From an uncultured Chloroflexia bacterium (GTDB lineage Bacteria > Chloroflexota > Limnocylindria > Limnocylindrales > CSP1-4), in NCBI GenBank assembly GCA_963752475.1, contig CAVVYR010000029.1, forward strand, positions 64,001 to 128,000: a stretch of DNA of 64,000 bases, written 5' to 3'. Every line of letters begins with the position of its first letter. The stretch's first letter is position 1. Both the position numbers and the translations under genes were made by a program. The notes beneath the pieces were generated by a model that made no database searches, was not told the origin of the DNA, and was given only the letters and a program-made list of their open reading frames with translations. Of this stretch, positions 60,055 through 64,000 are shown in pieces.

Positions 60055-62139
60055 CTAGATGAAGAGCGGGCCGAAGATGAGCGCCACGATCGACATCAGC
60101 TTGAGCAGGATGTTGATCGAGGGGCCGGAGGTGTCCTTGAAGGGATCGCCGATGGTGTCGCCGACGACGGTGGCCGCGTGGGCATCGCTGCCCTTGCCAC
60201 CCATCTCGCCGGACTCGACCCACTTCTTGGCGTTGTCCCAGGCACCGCCGGTGTTGGCCATGAAGAGGGCCAGCAGGAAGCCCGCGGCGATCGAGCCGGC
60301 GAGCAGGCCACCGAGGGACTCCGCGCCGAGTACGACGCCGACGATGATGGGCGTGAGCACCGCGATGGCGCCCGGCAGGATCATCGAGCGCAGAGCGCCC
60401 CGGGTGGAGATGTCCACCGCGCGAGCAGCATCAGGCTCGACGCCTTCCTTACCCTCACGCAGGCCCGGGATCTCCCGGAACTGGCGACGGACCTCTTCGA
60501 TCATCGCGCCGGCTGCCTCGCCGACCGCGTACATCGTCAGTCCGGCGAAGAGGAACGGCAGCATCGCGCCCAGCAGGATGCCGATGAGCACGCTGCTATC
60601 GGTCAACTGCAACTCGGTGATGCCGGTGACCTCGACGTAGGCGACCAGCAGCGCCAGCGCGGTCAGGACCGCGGAGCCGATGGCGAAGCCCTTGCCGGTA
60701 GCGGCAGTGGTGTTGCCCAGGGAGTCGAGCGCATCGGTGCGTTCGCGGACCTCAGGCGGGAGGTGACCCTGCTCGGCCAGACCGCCGGCGTTGTCGGCGA
60801 CCGGGCCGTAGGCGTCGGTCGCGAGTGTGACGCCGAGGGTGGAGAGCATGCCGACAGCGGCGACGGCGACGCCGTAGAGGCCGGCGAAGTGGTTGGCTAC
60901 GAAGATGCCGGCGACCACCGCGATGGTCGGGATGACCACGCTCACGAGGCCGACAGCGATGCCGCCGATGACGACCGAGGCCGGACCGGTGGCCGCCTGC
61001 TTGGCGATCCACTGGGTGGGTCGGTACTCGTAGGAGGTGAAGAACTCGGTGGTGTTGCCGATGACCTGGCCCACGATGAGGCCGGTCAGGACGACCCAGA
61101 ACAGCTCGAAGGGAAGGTCGAGGATGAGCAGCAGCGCCGCGGTAGCGACGAGGACAAGCGCGGCCGCTCCGAAGACGCCGTACCGCAGCGCCCACAGGAG
61201 CTGGTTCATCTTGGCGTCGTCCTTGGTGCGGACGAGGAAGGTGCCTGCGATCGAGCAGAAGATGCCGATGCCGGCGATGACCAGCGGCAGGACCGCGAGG
61301 GCCGCGTCCCAGTCACCGCTGAGATCGGCGCCCTGGGTGGCGAAGAAGGCCACGCCCACCGCGACGAGCGTCAGGGCGGACACGATGCTGCCCACGTACG
61401 ACTCGAAGAGGTCGGCACCCATGCCGGCGACGTCGCCGACGTTGTCACCGACGTTGTCGGCGATGGTGGCGGGGTTGCGGGGGTCATCCTCGGGGATGCC
61501 CGCCTCGACCTTGCCGACCAAGTCAGCGCCGACGTCGGCGGCCTTGGTGTAGATGCCGCCGCCGACGCGAGCGAACAACGCGATCGACGAGGCGCCGAAG
61601 GCGAAGCCGGCCACGATGGAGGCTTCCTGGAAGATGAACCAGAGGACGGTCACGCCGAGCAGGCCGATGCCCACCACGGTCATGCCCATGACGGTGCCGG
61701 TTCGGAAGGCCACGCGGAGGGCCGGGTTCAGGCCGTCCATGGCCGCTGCAGCGGTGCGGGTGTTGCCTTGGGTGGCGATGCGCATACCTACGAATCCGGC
61801 AGCACCGGAGCCGATGGCGCCGAGCACATAGGCCAGGGCGGTCCATGGGCCTTCGCCGATCGCGTTCTCGGCGTTCGACGCGGCGATGGTCGCGTTGTCG
61901 GTGATGTTGAAGTCGATCAACGCCCCGATGATGACGGCGACGGCGACGACGAAGACCGCGAGGATCGTGTACTCGCGCCGCAGGAACGCCATGGCGCCCT
62001 GCTGGATGAGTCGCCCGACTTTCTGGATGAGCTCGGGGCCAGCGTCCTGGGCCAAGACCCAGCGAGCCAAGTAGGCCGCGAAGCCGAGGCCGACGATGGC
62101 GGCGCCGGCCGAAAGGATGAATGCAGGTGTCCCAGCCAT
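60055..62139 (-). CDS. hppA: Membrane pyrophosphatase, K+-dependent, probably Na+-translocating
   Basis: DVGADLVGKVE, DNVGDNVGD, DAYGPVADNAGG, GNTTAA (Ala = K+-dependent), GDTIGDPFKD. Confidence 0.95.
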   Translation of the reverse strand: MAGTPAFILSAGAAIVGLGFAAYLARWVLAQDAGPELIQKVGRLIQQGAMAFLRREYTILAVFVVAVAVIIGALIDFNITDNATIAASNAENAIGEGPWTALAYVLGAIGSGAAGFVGMRIATQGNTRTAAAAMDGLNPALRVAFRTGTVMGMTVVGIGLLGVTVLWFIFQEASIVAGFAFGASSIALFARVGGGIYTKAADVGADLVGKVEAGIPEDDPRNPATIADNVGDNVGDVAGMGADLFESYVGSIVSALTLVAVGVAFFATQGADLSGDWDAALAVLPLVIAGIGIFCSIAGTFLVRTKDDAKMNQLLWALRYGVFGAAALVLVATAALLLILDLPFELFWVVLTGLIVGQVIGNTTEFFTSYEYRPTQWIAKQAATGPASVVIGGIAVGLVSVVIPTIAVVAGIFVANHFAGLYGVAVAAVGMLSTLGVTLATDAYGPVADNAGGLAEQGHLPPEVRERTDALDSLGNTTAATGKGFAIGSAVLTALALLVAYVEVTGITELQLTDSSVLIGILLGAMLPFLFAGLTMYAVGEAAGAMIEEVRRQFREIPGLREGKEGVEPDAARAVDISTRGALRSMILPGAIAVLTPIIVGVVLGAESLGGLLAGSIAAGFLLALFMANTGGAWDNAKKWVESGEMGGKGSDAHAATVVGDTIGDPFKDTSGPSINILLKLMSIVALIFGPLFI

Positions 62140-62370
62140 CAGCAGGGGTACCTCGATGCGAGCACGGGCGTTAGCCTCCCTCTCGTGTGTCTTGGGGCAT
62201 AGGTAGGCACAGATGAGTGCGGGTCAACGATACGGTCTGTGTCGGAAGGGCACGCGTGCCATGTTTCCCCCGCATGCGCACCATCCGGCCCCCGAGTGCA
62301 CGAACAGTCTACCGGCATGGAACAGCCCCGCCGGATCGACGGGGCCGTTGCGGGGCGAGAGCGTGGAGCG

Positions 62371-63489
62371 CTAGGCCTCGGGGCTCTCCTCGGCCGTCGA
62401 CTCCTCTGACTCGGCCAGCATCGCCTCCGCTTCCGCGGCCTGGGCCACGACGTCGATGACCGGGACCTCCACGCCATCGATGGGCGCGTCGTCGGTGATC
62501 ACCAGGATCGATGTGTCGTTGGTGAACAGGAGGTCACCGTCGATATCGGTCACGCGCGCGCTCACGGTGTAGGTGTTGCGTCTCCTCGATGATCGAAGGA
62601 TCGAACGGAGCACTGAACGCGATCTCGATAGCCGTCTCGTCCCCGACCGTGCCGGCATCGCTGCCGATGACCGTGGCGGGTGCGTCGGCGAGCGAGGTGT
62701 CCTGGACTTCCAGCGTCCAATCCGTCGCGCCCTCGAGCGTCGAACCCTCGGGCAGGATGATGAAGCCGGACACGGCCGGTTCGGAGATGGCCGGCTCGTC
62801 GGTCGGCATCGGCTCCTCGGACTCCATCGGCTCGGCGCTCTCGACCGGCTCCTCGGTCGGCTCGGGCGTGGGCTCGGGCGTCGGCTCGGGTGTCGGCTCG
62901 GGTGTCGGCTCGGGCGTGGGCTCGGGCGTGGGCTCGGGTGTCGGCTCCGGGCGTCGGCTCGGGTGTCGGCTCGGGCGTCGGCTCGGGCGTCGGCTCGGGT
63001 GTCGGCTCGGGCGTCGGCTCGGGCGTGGGCTCGGGTGTCGGCTCGGGCGTCGGCTCGGGTGTCGGCTCGGGTGTCGGCTCGGGTGTGGGCTCGGGTGTCG
63101 GCTCGGGCGTCGGCTCGGGTGTCGGCTCGGGCGTCGGCTCGGGTGTGGGCTCGGGCGTGGGCTCGGGTGTCGGCTCGGGCGTGGGCTCGGGTGTGGGCTC
63201 GGGCGTGGGCTCGGGTGTCGGCTCGGGCGTGGGCTCGGGCGTCGGCTCCGGGCGTGGGCTCGGGTGTCGGCTCGGGCGTCGGTTCCGGGGTGGGCTCGGG
63301 TGTCGGCTCCGGCGTGGGCTCTTCGATGGGCTCGATCGTGGCGACGACAGGCGCGGTGGAAGGCTCCTCGCTGGGCACCTCGGTGGGCGCGGGCGTCGGG
63401 TCCTCCGGACGGCAGGCCATGACGACCAGGGCGCCAGCAGCGATGAGTGCTGACCACTTCGTCAGGCGTGTGATTCCGGTCTTGTCCAA
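62371..63489 (-). CDS. Lipoprotein with a long (PTPE)n stalk and C-terminal YbaY/YscW-like domain (three +1 frameshifts)
   Basis: Lipobox VMAC; EPTP repeats; [27 protein letters not shown] is reassembled across frames. Confidence 0.75.
   Translation of the reverse strand: MDKTGITRLTKWSALIAAGALVVMACRPEDPTPAPTEVPSEEPSTAPVVATIEPIEEPTPEPTPEPTPEPTPEPTPEPTPGADARAHARADTRAHARAHTRAHARADTRAHARAHTRADARADTRADARADTRAHTRADTRADTRADARADTRAHARADARADTRADARADARADTRADARSRHPSPRPSPRPSRHPSRHPSRRPSPRPSRPRSRSRAPSRWSPRSRCRPTSRPSPNRPCPASSSCPRVRRSRARRIGRWKSRTPRSPTHPPRSSAAMPARSGTRRLSRSRSVLRSILRSSRRRNTYTVSARVTDIDGDLLFTNDTSILVITDDAPIDGVEVPVIDVVAQAAEAEAMLAESEESTAEESPEA
62857..63320 (-). repeat. 12-bp coding tandem repeat (Glu-Pro-Thr-Pro), about 38 units by length
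   Basis: Plus-strand unit GGCTCGGG(C/T)GT(C/G), varying mainly at wobble positions. Confidence 0.95.
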
Positions 63490-63594
63490 GGCTGTTGCCC
63501 TCCTGCCCTGCCATGTGGGTATAGCCGGCCCAGCCCCCTCTCGGCCTGACCGGCGCTCGGTTTGCGTGGCGCTACCTTACCTGAGGCCGCTCTC

Positions 63595-64000
63595 CTAGGT
63601 GTCGCAGGCCGGGGTGTCAGGGAAGAGCTCCCGGACGTTCTCAGCGGTGACCAGTTCCAGCTCCGCCTGCAGCAGCGGCGACACGGCTTGGCCGGCGACG
63701 GCATCGACGACCGCCGGCACCACCGTGGCCCCGAACCGCTCGGGGAACTGCGCGACAGATGCGACGTAGTGCTTGTCGCACGCGATCGTCTGGCGGATGG
63801 CCGCGTCGGCCAGCTGGCCGCTATACCAGACATGGTTGGTGCGCTCACGCCGCTCGGCCGCACTGATGGCCCCGAGGATCGCGTCCTCTGTCACACCGGC
63901 CACCATGATCGGCTTGCCCTTGACCTCGTCGAGCACCTCGACGAACTGGTTCTGGGCGGTGATCAGGTGCTGGGCGTCGTTGAGCTCGAAGGTCTGCTTG
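63595..64000 (-). CDS. C-terminal part of a periplasmic-binding-protein-I type sugar-binding protein (starts beyond the window)
   Basis: Open to the right edge; AGVTEDAILGA..ASVAQFPERFG..VTAENV. Confidence 0.65.
   Translation of the reverse strand, partial: KQTFELNDAQHLITAQNQFVEVLDEVKGKPIMVAGVTEDAILGAISAAERRERTNHVWYSGQLADAAIRQTIACDKHYVASVAQFPERFGATVVPAVVDAVAGQAVSPLLQAELELVTAENVRELFPDTPACDT

Noticed and set aside
60178-62202. Long antisense ORFs (e.g. 674 aa opposite hppA, 533 aa opposite maeA, 536 aa opposite the haloperoxidase)
   Set aside because: Expected shadows of GC3-biased genes in high-GC DNA; no motifs or RBS.
62857-63320. Regular short repeats as a CRISPR array
   Set aside because: Contiguous 12-bp units with no unique spacers, wobble-position variation and no cas genes: a coding tandem repeat.

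Overview
High-GC bacterial chromosomal segment. It is probably from Chloroflexota or Actinomycetota; this is an inference from DUF3090, DUF4032, an F420-type reductase and widespread leaderless genes. Several single-base frameshifts suggest an imperfect long-read assembly. The left third (1-23.4 kb) encodes NDH-2, small regulators, a trehalose synthase/phosphatase fusion, malic enzyme, a maltodextrin-type ABC transporter with a GH57 enzyme, xylulokinase, a GH1 glucosidase, two LacI regulators and an MsiK-type ATPase behind a structured leader. The most interesting part is a ~25 kb catabolic island (23.5-48.3 kb). It combines a monosaccharide ABC transporter, mutarotase, SDR, lactonase, two Zn dehydrogenases, DhaK/DhaL, Hyi- and DerI/RpiB-like isomerases, a hexulose-phosphate-synthase-like enzyme and an atypical transaldolase-fold aldolase. 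It also carries two paralogous cytochrome P450s, two URO-D-fold proteins, an SGNH esterase and a secreted CRTAC1/ASPIC-vanadium haloperoxidase fusion. A GTATGC-N2-GCATAC operator recurs at six of its promoter regions, next to a GntR-LacI (AraR-type) regulator. My best inference is an undescribed pathway for a modified (e.g. O-methylated or branched) sugar. The right quarter is mostly housekeeping: sulfotransferase, HAD, RidA, Fur, PLP decarboxylase, fluoride channel, MsrB, a Na+-type pyrophosphatase and a (PTPE)n lipoprotein. I recognised no rRNA, tRNA, CRISPR array or transposase. All calls come from reading the sequence by eye; no searches were run.
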